From NCBI GenBank assembly GCA_012026655.1, contig JAAILG010000182.1, positions 1 through 64,000 on the forward strand: DNA of 64,000 bases, in the 5' to 3' direction. The first letter of the stretch is position 1; every line of letters begins with the position of its first letter. The position numbers and the translations under genes were made by a program. Below the pieces are notes generated by a model. It searched no databases, had not been told where the DNA came from, and was given only the letters and a program-made list of their open reading frames with translations. This document shows, one piece after another, positions 1 to 10,460 of this stretch. This DNA comes from Hydrolagus affinis. Its lineage: Eukaryota.

Positions 1-165
1 CCAGAAGAAGCCTTCCGGGGGTGCATTGAAGCGTGGAAGAAGAGGATGGACAAGTGTGTGAGACTGGACGGAAACTATTTTGAAGGGGACAAGCTGTGAT
101 TTCATGATATTTTTTGGAATAAAATTTCTGTGATGTCAGTCCCGTTACTTTTTAGACGGACCTCG
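1..165 (+). mobile_element. Mariner (Tc1/mariner) DNA transposon, 3' end with transposase C-terminus and right TIR
   Basis: Frame 1 (1-99) reads PEEAFRGCIEAWKKRMDKCVRLDGNYFEGDKL*, matching the mariner C-terminal W-x-x-R-x-x-KCV-x-x-x-G-x-YFE motif. The terminus TCAGTCCCGTTACTTTTTAGACGGACCTCG is followed by TA (166-167); its reverse complement begins TA-CGAGG, typical of mariner TIRs. Confidence 0.8.
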
Positions 166-564
166 TACAGTAAAACCCGCGTAATTCTGACCTGTATAAA
201 TCATGTAATTGCCAAATTGTACATCTATCCAAGTTCTGTTCAACAATTTATATTATATCGGGGGGGAAATGACCATGGATTTATGTGATGTGGACCAACG
301 CTGGAAAACGAAAGCATTCAAGGTCATTGGCAGCCTCTATTCTGCGAGATACCTGTTGTTGACAACAGACCTGACAATATCTCCTGTACTTTTCATTGCT
401 GTACAAACAGCTATTTGTGTTGAAGCTTTTTATCAGTATCCAGCTGTCATTCAATTTCTAACCAGAGTAATTAACTGTTCCTGTACTGTTGACCTTGAAA
501 GTTACATAACTTTCTTAAAAACCTAATCCTATTTGATTTAGGTTATTTTTAAGCCACAGAAGCA

Positions 565-672
565 CTTGTGTGCACAATTGGCTGACGCGTTTTGCCCACA
601 AATTACACAATATATTCTGTAAAGCGCTTTGAGACATCTCAATGACGTGATGAATGCAAGGATTATTTATTA
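565..672 (+). mobile_element. 3' fragment of the Deu-domain SINE family
   Basis: Contains GTGCACAATTGGCTGACGCGTTTTGCCCACAA...GTAAAGCGCTTTGAGACATCTCAATGACGTG...ATGCAAGGATTATT, the same tail as the full-length copies. Confidence 0.6.
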
Positions 673-1394
673 TTAAGAAAACTTGAAACATCTCGGCAGA
701 ATACAGAAGCTTTCAATGTATCATTTGTAAAGACAACTTGAAATGTTCATGGGCATCTTGACACAAATGTCGCTGTATTTGGGGAAACAAAGTTGCAGAA
801 TTTCAATGAAACTAGTTTTTATAAAAGGAGCAAGATGGCTTTTGCGATGAATTACTATTTAATAAAAGGTTATTTGTAACTGTCCAGATATGTCGATCAA
901 AACTTATTTATCCTTTACGTGTAAGACTTATCTTTAAAAACACCCTTTTCAGGATTCAATGTCAAAGGTTGCGCAAAACATTTGCGGTAGGAGATGATTA
1001 TGTAATACCGTGGTTCAAAACAAATTCTTTATTACATCCTGTTTATCTTGTCCAATTAAAACAAACTTAGGCCGTTGTTTACTTTTATGCAGCAACATTT
1101 TTGACTTCTCATTGACTTCTGGGCGTTTTGCAGTGTTTTATTATTCTTTACACAAACGTGCGCTTTGATATTGTGACTATTCAGCTGTTTCATTCCCTAG
1201 TGTAAATGGGCCATGAGGTCTTGGCTCTGGAAAGCAGATTTGAGTTGTAATATCATCATTTATACAAAAAAAAGAATAATAAAAGCAGGAGGTTTTGTGT
1301 CAGAATCGAATCTGTAAAATAATAACTTTTGCATTTGATTCAGTGCCTTTCAAGTCGTAGAGTAGGTCTCCATGTGCTTCACGGGATTTACTAT

Positions 1395-1590
1395 CAAGTG
1401 GAGTCAGTATGTCTTTTGTAGGCAAATGTGACGGCCAATTTATGCACGGCAATGCCCCACAAACAGCCATGAAGTGAATGTTCTGAATGTATCCAGTAAA
1501 CTTTTGGCCTGGATGCCGGTGGGCACGTTTTGGATAATGCCATGTAATCTTTAATGTTCACTTGAACAGCTAGATAGGATATCTTCTTAA
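1395..1590 (-). mobile_element. Old SacSINE1/AmnSINE1-like Deu-SINE fragment
   Basis: Reverse complement of the Deu core (GGCCAATTTATGCACGGCAATGCCCCACAAACAGCCATG) plus a degenerate upstream body similar to 61043-61403. Confidence 0.45.
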
Positions 1591-2984
1591 CATTTCATCT
1601 CATCTTCCTAATATTACAAGTCAGTGCACCCACACCCACCCTTCCCCCTCCACACACCCTTCCCCCTCCACACACACACACCTGGAATGTTAATCTATTC
1701 TATGCTCTTTTTGGAGCAAGGTTTTGAGAATGTGCAGCTGGTAAAACTGAGGGAGACAAATGGAGGTTGTGTGTGGCCCTGGCAGAGTCTCTATTCCAGA
1801 AAATTGCAAAATTGGGATGAAGGTACACATCACACACGCTAGTCTGTATACTGTGTAGAGTGAGATAGTCTTGGAGTATTACCGACATGCCTGGTTGAGG
1901 AAATGAACTACTGTACCAAATAAATTTTGCTAGTAAGTCTAGTCAATTTTGCCAACAAAATATGCAGTCAATTCACTTTACAATGTATTCTGTGCGATAT
2001 TTATTAAATGCAAGATGCTATATCAAATGCAAGGATTATTATGGTCAAGGAAATCCTTCTCATCTCTATTCAAAAGTGACCAACTGAGTTGGTGTAACCA
2101 TATTTAAAGATTGCACTTGAGAAAGTGAAACTATCAGAATGAGCAAAATAATAGATGATTTAAATGATGAGTAAAATAATCTTAGGATTGATGAAAGCAT
2201 TTTATTGTATCCACCACTTTGTTTTAACCTATGTAACTACAGAAAAAAATGTGAGTCAAACAATAATCTGCTGTGGAACAAATGAGCAATATCTAGCGAT
2301 GCCTTAGAAAATATCTCTCTAAATGTTAGACTGGAATCCACCCAAGTGATTCAAATGGCTTTATAATTCATGAGAGAGAAACCCTGGGTGGTTTATTCAT
2401 GCGTCCAAGCCCTTTACAGATTATAAACTGCAATGGAACAGTCCATTCAATGTTATAATAAACTGGAGGACCATAGATCAACAAATCATTATAATGTAGG
2501 GTTTTCCAATTTGCTAAACTGAAGCTCCCGTCTTTCAACTTGCTCTTTCTTTAGTTCCGTTATTATCTTGTTGTGCCGAGTGATTTTGACAACATTCAGA
2601 AATGAGATTGGTGTGTGAGTGGGGATATAGACTTCTATTCTGCAGCAATGTTTGCTTGTAGTATATAAGGCATCTGTTAAACAGATGGACCAAAAAAAGC
2701 ATTAATGTAAATGAGAGAATAGGAATACAAATTCCTCACACTTCGCTTTTACACTGTGTCAACCCAGAAACGAATTCACCAATGTTGGAAGGTCAGGCCT
2801 TTCATCCCACTCAAATTTAATTGTTCTGTTTCCAAAGCTGCCTTTTGCACTAGTTGGAAGCTCTAATAAATCTAAAATAAGGGTTACAGTGCATGTTACA
2901 AAATAAGCGTTAGCTTTGAATTTCGCTGCGTTTTAGAGTAATTAAACATTGAGTTGGCTGATTTTTTTTTCATTTTTGATAGTA

Positions 2985-3262
2985 ATAACAACAACTTGCA
3001 TTTATACAGCACCCTTCATGCGAGGTAGTGTCTCAGAGCATTTCACAGTGGTAGATTCTGACACTGAGCCAGGAGGAGAGGGAACGGAGAGGCGACCGAT
3101 CAAAAAAGAGAGTGTTTAGGTGGTCTACGAAGGTAGTGAGGAAGGTGGAAAGATGGAGGGACTGAGATAGAGAGTTTCAGAGTTTGGAGCTATAGTGGCT
3201 GAAGGCTGACACTGATGGTGCAGGGGACGAGGAACAATCAGGAGACCGGTGCCAGCCAAGCA
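2985..3262 (-). mobile_element. L2 LINE 3' end lying in the APOBEC4 3' UTR
   Basis: The minus strand gives a degenerate L2 ORF2 end (GLLIVPR...FSHYAPKL-NSL-like), the CCTGGCTCAGTGTCAG motif shared with 45235-45565, and a tail ending ATAAATGCAAGTTGTTGTTATT. Confidence 0.7.
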
Positions 3263-3278
3263 GAGGCTGAGGCTACAT

Positions 3279-4337
3279 TCATTTTGAAAACATTTGCTTT
3301 TTTCCTCTCCTGCTTTTCTTTAAGCCGGCTGGCGTAATCTTTGTATGAATTTCATAAATGTTCACTTCCACTGGGCGTCTGTTGCCTGGGGTTGGCAAGA
3401 CTGAAGGTTTCTGTTCAGACAGCTTGGGCATGTTGAGGTGTCTCACGACTTTCTTTGGTTTTCCTGCCTGTGGTGGGTTTGGCCTCATTGACCAAGGCGC
3501 CATCATTGAGTTCAGGAAGCCTGCGTACTGTTGCTGCAGAGCTATCAATCTGCCATTTGGAACTGGAGGCAGAGGTGGTGGTTTTGGAGCCAAATTGACA
3601 GGTTTTCGTTGAGTGAACGCATCCGCGTATGAAGGGTTAACTCCGGTGATGGCGGCTATCTGTTGGGCATTGTGACAGTCTGCAGATGCCCTCGAGGCCA
3701 AAACTGAACCGCGGTGTTCGTGAGGCACGCTGTTCACATATCTGTGTACAAGAATGGACCACATCCCACTGCAGATGGGACTGATGGTCACCCTGGGCCA
3801 GAGGGCGGCCAACCTGTGCAGCGCTTGTCGATTCCATCCAGCTTCAGGAAAGCCCTCATCTGTGTGGTAGAGCTGAGAAAAGTAAATGTCCAGCCGAGCG
3901 CTGGGATAGTTCAGCAGGAAATCGTGCATTTTCCTCACGCATTGTTGCATTGATTCATTGCATGGGGTGTAATTGGAATACAGAGTAATGTAGGCAATGT
4001 TACCATAAGAATACATGAGCGAACTCAGATACCCATCGGTGTCGAAGAGCATCGACTCTGGATGAAGCTGGTGTGAGGTGCAGTTAGTCACTTGCCCTTT
4101 CTGCAATAAAGTCCCAGACGTCAACTTAAGTTCGTAGAACAGAAGATGCCGGCTGCACTGCGGTTGCCCGTAGGGGAACCCGAACGTCTTGTAGAATTCC
4201 AAGAAGCTGACGCGAGCTTCTTCCCCGGTTCTGATGTGATACGGACACTTTTGGCAGCCTGCGGTGAACTGCAACCATGAGTAAGGCTTCACCAGAGTTC
4301 CTTGAGGAGCAATGTATTCTTGGTAGCTGGTAGCCAT
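3279..4337 (-). CDS. APOBEC4: APOBEC4, putative C-to-U deaminase of the AID/APOBEC family, 352 aa, CDS in one exon
   Basis: The protein follows recalled human APOBEC4 along its length: KPYSWL, CQKCPYHIRTGEEARVS, FGFPYG, FYELK, HPESMLF, LYSN-x-x-PCNE, IYFSQLYHT, WNRQAL-x-x-LA-x-LWPRV, AITGV-x-P, VVRHLNMP and a basic C-terminal tail. It has the Zn motif H92-x-E94...P-C126-x6-C133 and a strong Kozak context (ACAACG-ATG-G). Confidence 0.97.
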   Translation of the reverse strand: MATSYQEYIAPQGTLVKPYSWLQFTAGCQKCPYHIRTGEEARVSFLEFYKTFGFPYGQPQCSRHLLFYELKLTSGTLLQKGQVTNCTSHQLHPESMLFDTDGYLSSLMYSYGNIAYITLYSNYTPCNESMQQCVRKMHDFLLNYPSARLDIYFSQLYHTDEGFPEAGWNRQALHRLAALWPRVTISPICSGMWSILVHRYVNSVPHEHRGSVLASRASADCHNAQQIAAITGVNPSYADAFTQRKPVNLAPKPPPLPPVPNGRLIALQQQYAGFLNSMMAPWSMRPNPPQAGKPKKVVRHLNMPKLSEQKPSVLPTPGNRRPVEVNIYEIHTKITPAGLKKSRRGKKQMFSK

Positions 4338-4400
4338 CGTTGTTCTTTATCCTGATCCAATTCCAAGGAAAACCTCATTGCAGTAGATAATCCTTAAAGA

Positions 4401-4415
4401 CTGTGAAGTAAAAAC
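4401..4415 (-). promoter_or_regulatory. Candidate splice acceptor of the APOBEC4 coding exon
   Basis: The minus strand reads GGCAGTTTTTACTTCACAG|TCTTT, a pyrimidine tract plus AG about 64 nt upstream of the ATG. A weaker alternative AG lies at 4352-4353 (GGATCAG|GATAAAG). Mammalian APOBEC4 has a non-coding first exon. Confidence 0.5.
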
Positions 4416-4520
4416 TGCCATTAAATAAATCGTCGCTCTGCATGACTTGTGCAACAGTGTTCACTAATGTTCCCCCATTACATCAATCATTTTGCTGTTT
4501 GATCATGTAGAGGCCTTTCA

Positions 4521-4608
4521 GGAACATGGGAACAGGAGTCAGCCATTCCTCCCCTTGTGTCTGTTCTGTTAGACGGTGGCTGATCTGTACATCAACTCCA
4601 TTCACCTG
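4521..4608 (-). mobile_element. CR1-type LINE 3' tail fragment
   Basis: GGAACATGGGAACAGGAGTCAGCCATT...GGCTGATCTGTACATCAACTCC is a degenerate version of the tail at 59432-59570. Confidence 0.5.
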
Positions 4609-4609
4609 G

Positions 4610-4775
4610 GATTATTACCCCCAGACAGCGATCCGGCAATTAAATAACAACTGGTTTTGTACTTACTGCTAGGTAAACAGAGGCGTGTGGAGTAAGGAAA
4701 CTTGCCAAAGGTTTTGCCCCACCCGAGAATCGAACCTGGGCCCACTCGCTTACAAGGGGAGCATGCTAAGTATTT
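4610..4775 (-). mobile_element. tRNA-derived SINE 5' part (long subfamily)
   Basis: Minus strand shows a B-box-like GGTTCGATTCTCGG, then GGCAAGTTTCCTTACTCCAC and CTCTGTTTACCTAGCAGTAAGT. Confidence 0.7.
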
Positions 4776-5199
4776 CAGTCTGCATGTAAAAAGGCCTGAT
4801 GTGAAGTTGAATGTTAAAAGCAGGTGGAGTAGGCTTGGTCTTTCTTTACAGTGCAGAGCTAGTGTTTACCTGTTACCAGGAGACTGTTGAGCTTGAGCAG
4901 TTGCTGTCATAGTTCTTCGCCTTTTTCATCATTTTATTCCAAACGTCTGTCTTCTGTTCGTATCAATGTTTAGTGAGTTTGGTGAGACCGGCCCATACAG
5001 CAGAAGATACTAGTGTACTATAAATCTTCCACCTTTTAGACGGAGTATTTTCTGGTAGTTTCAGTGAGGGAGGGTGCAGCTGTAGATTCCTTTCTCAAGC
5101 AAAGCAATTGATCACTGAACCTGACTCCATGGCAATAAGTGTTGACACATGTGTTAAAATAAACCACAAGATACATACAGGTCTTGGCTTCCTTATACA

Positions 5200-5503
5200 T
5201 AATATAATCCTTGCATTTGATATAGCGCTTTTTACCTCTTCTAGATGTCTCAAAGCTCTCCACATAATATACTGTCAAGCGAATTGACTGTATATTTATG
5301 GGCGAAATGCGTTAGCCAATTGTTCACAGCAGTTGGCCCATAAACAGTCATGGATTGAAATGACCAATTTTTTTTTTTTTCTTGAGAGATTATTATCAGG
5401 CGTGTGGAGTAAGGAAACTTGCCCAAGATTTTGCCCTGGCTGGAATCAAACTCAGGTCCTTCGCTTGCAAGGCGAGTGCTTCAACCACTGAGCTATAGGA
5501 CTC
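5200..5503 (-). mobile_element. Full-length tRNA-derived Deu-domain SINE (short subfamily)
   Basis: Has a tRNA head (TCCTATAGCTCAGTGGTTGAAGCACTCGCC...GTTTGATTCC; A/B boxes), GGGCAAGTTTCCTTACTCCAC, a Deu-like core, a hairpin tail and a (TTA) end. Confidence 0.85.
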
Positions 5504-5719
5504 GGATAGATGTAGCTGTGTGTATGTTTTTTAACAAAATGGACTGTTTGTCAGAGATCGCACTATAGTTTCCTAAAATGATCAGTTCATTGAATGTCAC
5601 AACAGTAGAAATGAGAATTCCGATAATGTATTGTATTCAACAACTTTCATTTATATTAGTGGCCTTTATGCAAGATAACTTCTTAGAGTTCTGAGCAATA
5701 GCAATGGAGTTTGATGCCT

Positions 5720-5950
5720 TGCTGGGAAGAAAGGGGAGGCGATAGTTCAAAGAGGAAAGTCTTCAGGTACAAATTTGTAGAATGATAAAGGGGGGGCAAG
5801 ACAGAGGGTTGAGGCAAGGAGCTCCAGAGCTTCAGGGCCTAGGAGCTGAAGGTGTGTCTAGCAATGTTGGAAGGGATGGGTTAGGGACGTTCAGAAGACC
5901 TGAGCTGACCCAGCAAAGGTAGAGGAGTGGGTGAAATGGAACATTTGAGT
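5720..5950 (-). mobile_element. Degenerate L2 3' fragment
   Basis: Purine-rich plus strand with GGAGCTCCAGAGCTTCAGGGCCTAGGAGCTGAAGG, the antisense of an L2 FS-x-x-GP-x-LWNSL-like end. Confidence 0.45.
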
Positions 5951-7714
5951 TTAATAATTAAGCAGGTCATACAATATACTTATTGAAAACAACTCTGAGA
6001 ACTATGTTTCGGTGTCATCAAAATACCAAGTTTCAGCAACTACTTCCATCTTCCATAAGGCTTTTTAAAAACAATTCTGTAGTTGGTTTAAAACAGTTAT
6101 TAGTTCTGACTGCAATGGGTGGCATTTTGTAGACTTGAGGGAATGAGATTTGCTAGTGCTTTAGTCAGATTTCGATCATTGCTTGACATGTAGATTTGTA
6201 GTATTGTGTAACTAGGATTACATTAACACCAGAATTTGGATTCCAAAACTGTCTTTCCAGTAATTATGATTGCGCTCGACTGGCTTTGGGTTCAGGGCAC
6301 ACTTGAAACCATTCATAGGTTCCGTTTCCAGTGTAAGAAGTGATTCATTATCTCGAGTGATTTTGGCAAGCTTAAAGAATGATTTCCTCTCATTATCCCC
6401 TGAGTGTAATGCTAGGAACTATAAGTGCGCCAGACTCCACGTGCAACCATCCTGCACTCTAGTGAAACAGGGTCAAAGTATCAAGTTTCTTTAAAATTCC
6501 TTTTCAATGCATTAAGATGCAAAAAAAAGAGTAGGCCAAGTTTCCTGGAAGCTGTTACTTATAGAGTAGTGACCGACCTCATCAGCATCCTGCAAGCTTA
6601 CACCTAACTTAGCATGTTTTCTTGCTGGCTAAACTCTGATGAGAGAGTTCCTTAGACTTGTATAGATCACCCTCAAAACACACATGGCAGCCAATTGCGC
6701 ACAGCAGTGTCCCACAACACTCAATGAGTGACCAAATTAGTTTGCAGAGTAAATATGCAAGAGGACTGAGGGTTGGTTTCAATGCGGCTTCAATGCAGGG
6801 AATTTTTTAAGGAATTGTCACTGGTGGGGATGGAACTCAAAGGGGCACTTTTATCCCAGAAGCATTAAAAACAGATATCTACCAATAAAGCGCACTCAAT
6901 GTGTTTGTTTCAAACTGTAGAATGGTTGAAATAATAGGAAAGCAGGAATCTAGTAAGTATTCATACAATGTCTTTAATTACCAAATAATATACTGTAAAA
7001 TCTGTCTAAAATTCTGTTTTTTTTAAAAAAAAACTGCCTAAACAGTGACTGCTTGATGACTGCCGATGAAATCACCATTACCTTTATTGTTGTTATTAAT
7101 ATTATGGAAGGGCAGTTTACTGGGCGGAAATTCTTGAGGGCTGGTGGGGATTTTCCCCATCACTTGTTAAAAAATGCCCTCCCTCAAAGTCATGCAATTT
7201 ATTGTCAATGGAATTTGAATTGGACAGTGTTTTACCACTGAGGACTGCCTTTATTTTTATGACAGCATGAGAAATGTCCACGGAGAGCAAATACGAGGAA
7301 AGTGAATGAGATTTTAAATACCGATGTTTCGAAGAGAAATTACTTTGGCTGAAACAAGGCTTTTTTCCCCCCTCTTCACACAGACAGATTTAAGATGATT
7401 TAAACCCACGGTCAGCATTACTAAGCTATTAGGGATTTCGGCCAAAAGAAAAAAAATACTGGTGGGTAGTTGAATGCGTGTATCACAAGCTGCCTTTCAC
7501 TTACTGTGCGACTGTGTGGTAAGCAGGCCCTTATAGTGATGTGACGCAAAGGAGCTTGAGTTGTGCAGTGAGTTAGTAGTGTGGGTGCTTATTGCTGAGC
7601 TGCATATTTGTGTTGGCAATGTCGATGCGTCATTCAATCAGCGTGTGAGGTGCTCCTGAGTATTATTTTCATTGAAGTTTAAAACTGAGTCTAGTTTTCA
7701 CCCATGAAATACAC

Positions 7715-7815
7715 AATGAATCCACTTTACAGTATATCCTGTGAAGCGCTTTGAGACGTCTCAATGACGTGATAAGGCGCTATATATCAAATTCAAGGAT
7801 GATTATTATTTTTAT
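7715..7815 (+). mobile_element. SINE 3' tail, little diverged
   Basis: CACTTTACAGTATATCCTGTGAAGCGCTTTGAGACGTCTCAATGACGTGATAAGGCGCTATA...GATTATTATT, with CpGs intact. Confidence 0.75.
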
Positions 7816-9169
7816 TATAATGTACTTTAACTTGCAGCAATACGTTTGAATGGGCGGTGGGATAGGGGACCAGTGAGAAAATGCAAGGCGGACATAGATC
7901 AAAGGGCTTGGTGCTATTTGTGAACCAAATACCATAAAAATTCCCAACTTATAGCACTCATTATGTGATATAGTAACCTGCATGTACCCAGTTCATTACC
8001 GTGTATAGTGTGCTGACCTTTATAATGTTAGAGCTGTGGTATAGCACACCATTGCTTGTTTTATTGCTTCTTTATGGTCTGCCAAAGTCCATCTGTTTAA
8101 AGCCCATTTCTTCACAGTAGAGTTGGCAATCAACTTTTTTTTCCTTTAGTCCTGGGTTCAAGGAAATAGGAATAGAACATGAACACTGGCAATCTACAAT
8201 CCTTTCTGAATGACGAGTGGTTAAAAAGCTGCGGGTGGGGGTGGGTGGGTGGAAGAGGGGAAGGAATCAAATTTTAACCTGAATTGTATGATAACTAGTT
8301 CACTCCAGATTCTGAAGTTGTCTGAGCTCTCTGGCTCCCTTCTTTCTCAAAGCTGCCAAATGTTGGGGAGTTTGCTCCCACCAACTCTTTTGAGTAAACA
8401 TTGTCATTCTGCTCATGTTTGTTCCCACTCGAATCATGTGGCTTTGTTCTCATCTGTTTCCATAGTTTCCTGTTTATATTGTGGTAAAAGTCTGAATGAA
8501 GCTGTGCTATTACCCTCAGGAGAGAGACAAGAGTTTATTAAATATTGCAATTTGGGAGCCTGGGTTCCATGATTCTGTAATAAACCATAATCCTTGCATT
8601 TATATTATGTCTGTAATGTCACAATGTCTTGATGTCACATCACTAAAAGGGCCAGTTTATCACAGTAAATGAAAAGCAACTTGTGATATAACTTTTTGAT
8701 GCACTTCTCATTTGATTGTGGTCAAATGGAATGGCTTTATTTTCTGCAAATACAGTAACAAACGGGATGAGACATATAGCACCGCTCACACAGGGGATTG
8801 TCCCAGAACACTTATCTGTGGCAGAGCATGACACCAAGCCAGGGTGAGGGGGAATGCGTCCGTAAGCATGGCCGAGGGGAAGGTCTTCAGCCACCACATA
8901 TATTAATAGGGCTATTGAGAATAACAATCAGCTTATGCAATAACCATGTTTAGAATCTTAAACCCAATCTACTGCTCCTTGTACCTTACTTCAAAACCCA
9001 ATCTAACAGATTGAAGGCCTTGGAATAGATTAACAGCCACCCTTTTGGTGGGAAGATAATGTTTGATGTGTAGAGACTTGGAGCGAAAATAGACTGGGTG
9101 AGACTGGGTGCTCTGATTGAGAAGACAAGTGTTGGGGTTTTACCAGCAAGAGTCTGCATAAACACTTGG

Positions 9170-9630
9170 AGTTCCAAAGCATATGGGCAGAGAGGCTGAA
9201 ATCCTGGTCGCTGACGGTAGGGCAGGTCAGGTGGGAGACATGGAGCAGGCCAGAGCCCGCCGAACGGAGGCAGCGGATAGGATGATAGTGGGGTCAGCAG
9301 GTCAGAGAGGTAGGAGGGGGCACAGCTGTGGAGGGCTTTGAAAGTGAGGACAAGAATCTTGAATTCTGTCCTCTGAGGAATGGGGAGCCAGTGGAGTCAG
9401 GTGAGGATGGTGGTGATGGGGTCGAGGAATCTGGTGCGAGAGAGGACATGAGCTGCAGAGTTTGGGATGATCTGTAGCTTGTGGGGGATGAGTTGGAGAG
9501 GCTGACAAGGAGGGAGTTGCAGTAGTCGAGCCTTGAGGTGACAAAAGCATGTGTAACGGTTTCAGCGGCCTGAGGGGTTAGGCAGTGACGGAGACGGGCG
9601 ATGTTGCAGAGGAGGTGGAAGGCGGTCACG
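9170..9630 (-). mobile_element. L2 LINE ORF2 C-terminal fragment (post-RT region), frameshifted
   Basis: Translation gives TAFHLLCNIARLRHCLTPQAAETVTHAFVTSRLDYCNSLL. Other frames give LHWLPIPQRTEFKILVLTFKALH and FSLSAHMLWNS. These are characteristic L2 motifs. Confidence 0.85.
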
Positions 9631-10189
9631 GCTGGTCATGGCTGGTCAAATGTTGATTTCATGTATCTTAACAAACTTAAGAGCGACGCATCTCTTTGAT
9701 TTGGTCAGTTGGGTGTCCAGGTAGATGTGGAAATCCATCGCTATAGGAAGTGAGGTTTTACAAACTCACTTTTGTATGTCCTTTACAAAAACGATAACCC
9801 GAATACATCTGTGTGTGATTCTCGTGAGCGTTTCAGTGGTGGATTGCTTGTTTAAAGAAAAGTGCTTAGAGACTTTTATGGCTCTTGGAGAGATGACTGC
9901 CTGCAGAGCATGTGCTGAACACATCAGGCAGCACGTGGACGGGAAGTGTCTCAGTCAGAGAAGCCGCTTGTGACCCAGGAATGATCTAAGATTTCCAGCT
10001 GGCAGGCCGTCCATTTAAATAATAATGAGTCAATTTAAAGCTTGCCTAGAGGAACATGTTTGGATGTTTAGCTATGAATGTGATGCTGTAACCTTTAGCC
10101 CACTGAGTAATTTACAGGTGAAATCTATATCTTGACATTTCGTGCTTGTTCAATAAATGAAAGCTCATTAAAAACAACAAGGTTTATAC

Positions 10190-10460
10190 AATGCAATTGA
10201 TATCTATCTACAGGCCCAAAACAACAGAGCAAGAGGGTACAGCGTTTAGGATGCAAAGGGCAACTTCAGGGCAGACACCAGGAAGTATTTATGGTACTGT
10301 ATTTATCCAGAGAATATCTAATAACTGGAACAGATTACCGGGAGGATAGTTGAGGCTATGACGTTCAGAATCTTAAGAAACTGCTTGAAGCTGTAATGGG
10401 AGGACAGTTGGGTAGATAATCTGCAAAGCAGGATATCAAATAGATTGATGGGACTTATTT
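10190..10460 (+). mobile_element. Degenerate CR1 LINE 3' fragment
   Basis: AGAGCAAGAGGGTACAG...GGGCAACTTCAGGGCAGACACCAGGAAGTATT...TGGAACAGATTACC...GTTGAGGC resembles the CR1 ORF2 end (TRGH...FF..R....WN.LP..VVEA). Confidence 0.5.

Noticed and set aside
209-526. 105-aa ORF as a possible ARPC5 exon (ARPC5 is the mammalian neighbour)
   Set aside because: It shows no resemblance to ARPC5 motifs and starts at a non-ATG codon; it is probably a chance ORF.
3358-3953. Plus-strand and alternative-frame ORFs overlapping APOBEC4
   Set aside because: These are shadow ORFs of the real coding sequence.
5440-5503. tRNA-like sequences (also about 20797, 24780-24842 and 25755)
   Set aside because: They are SINE heads continuous with the Deu core and tail, not complete tRNA cloverleaves.
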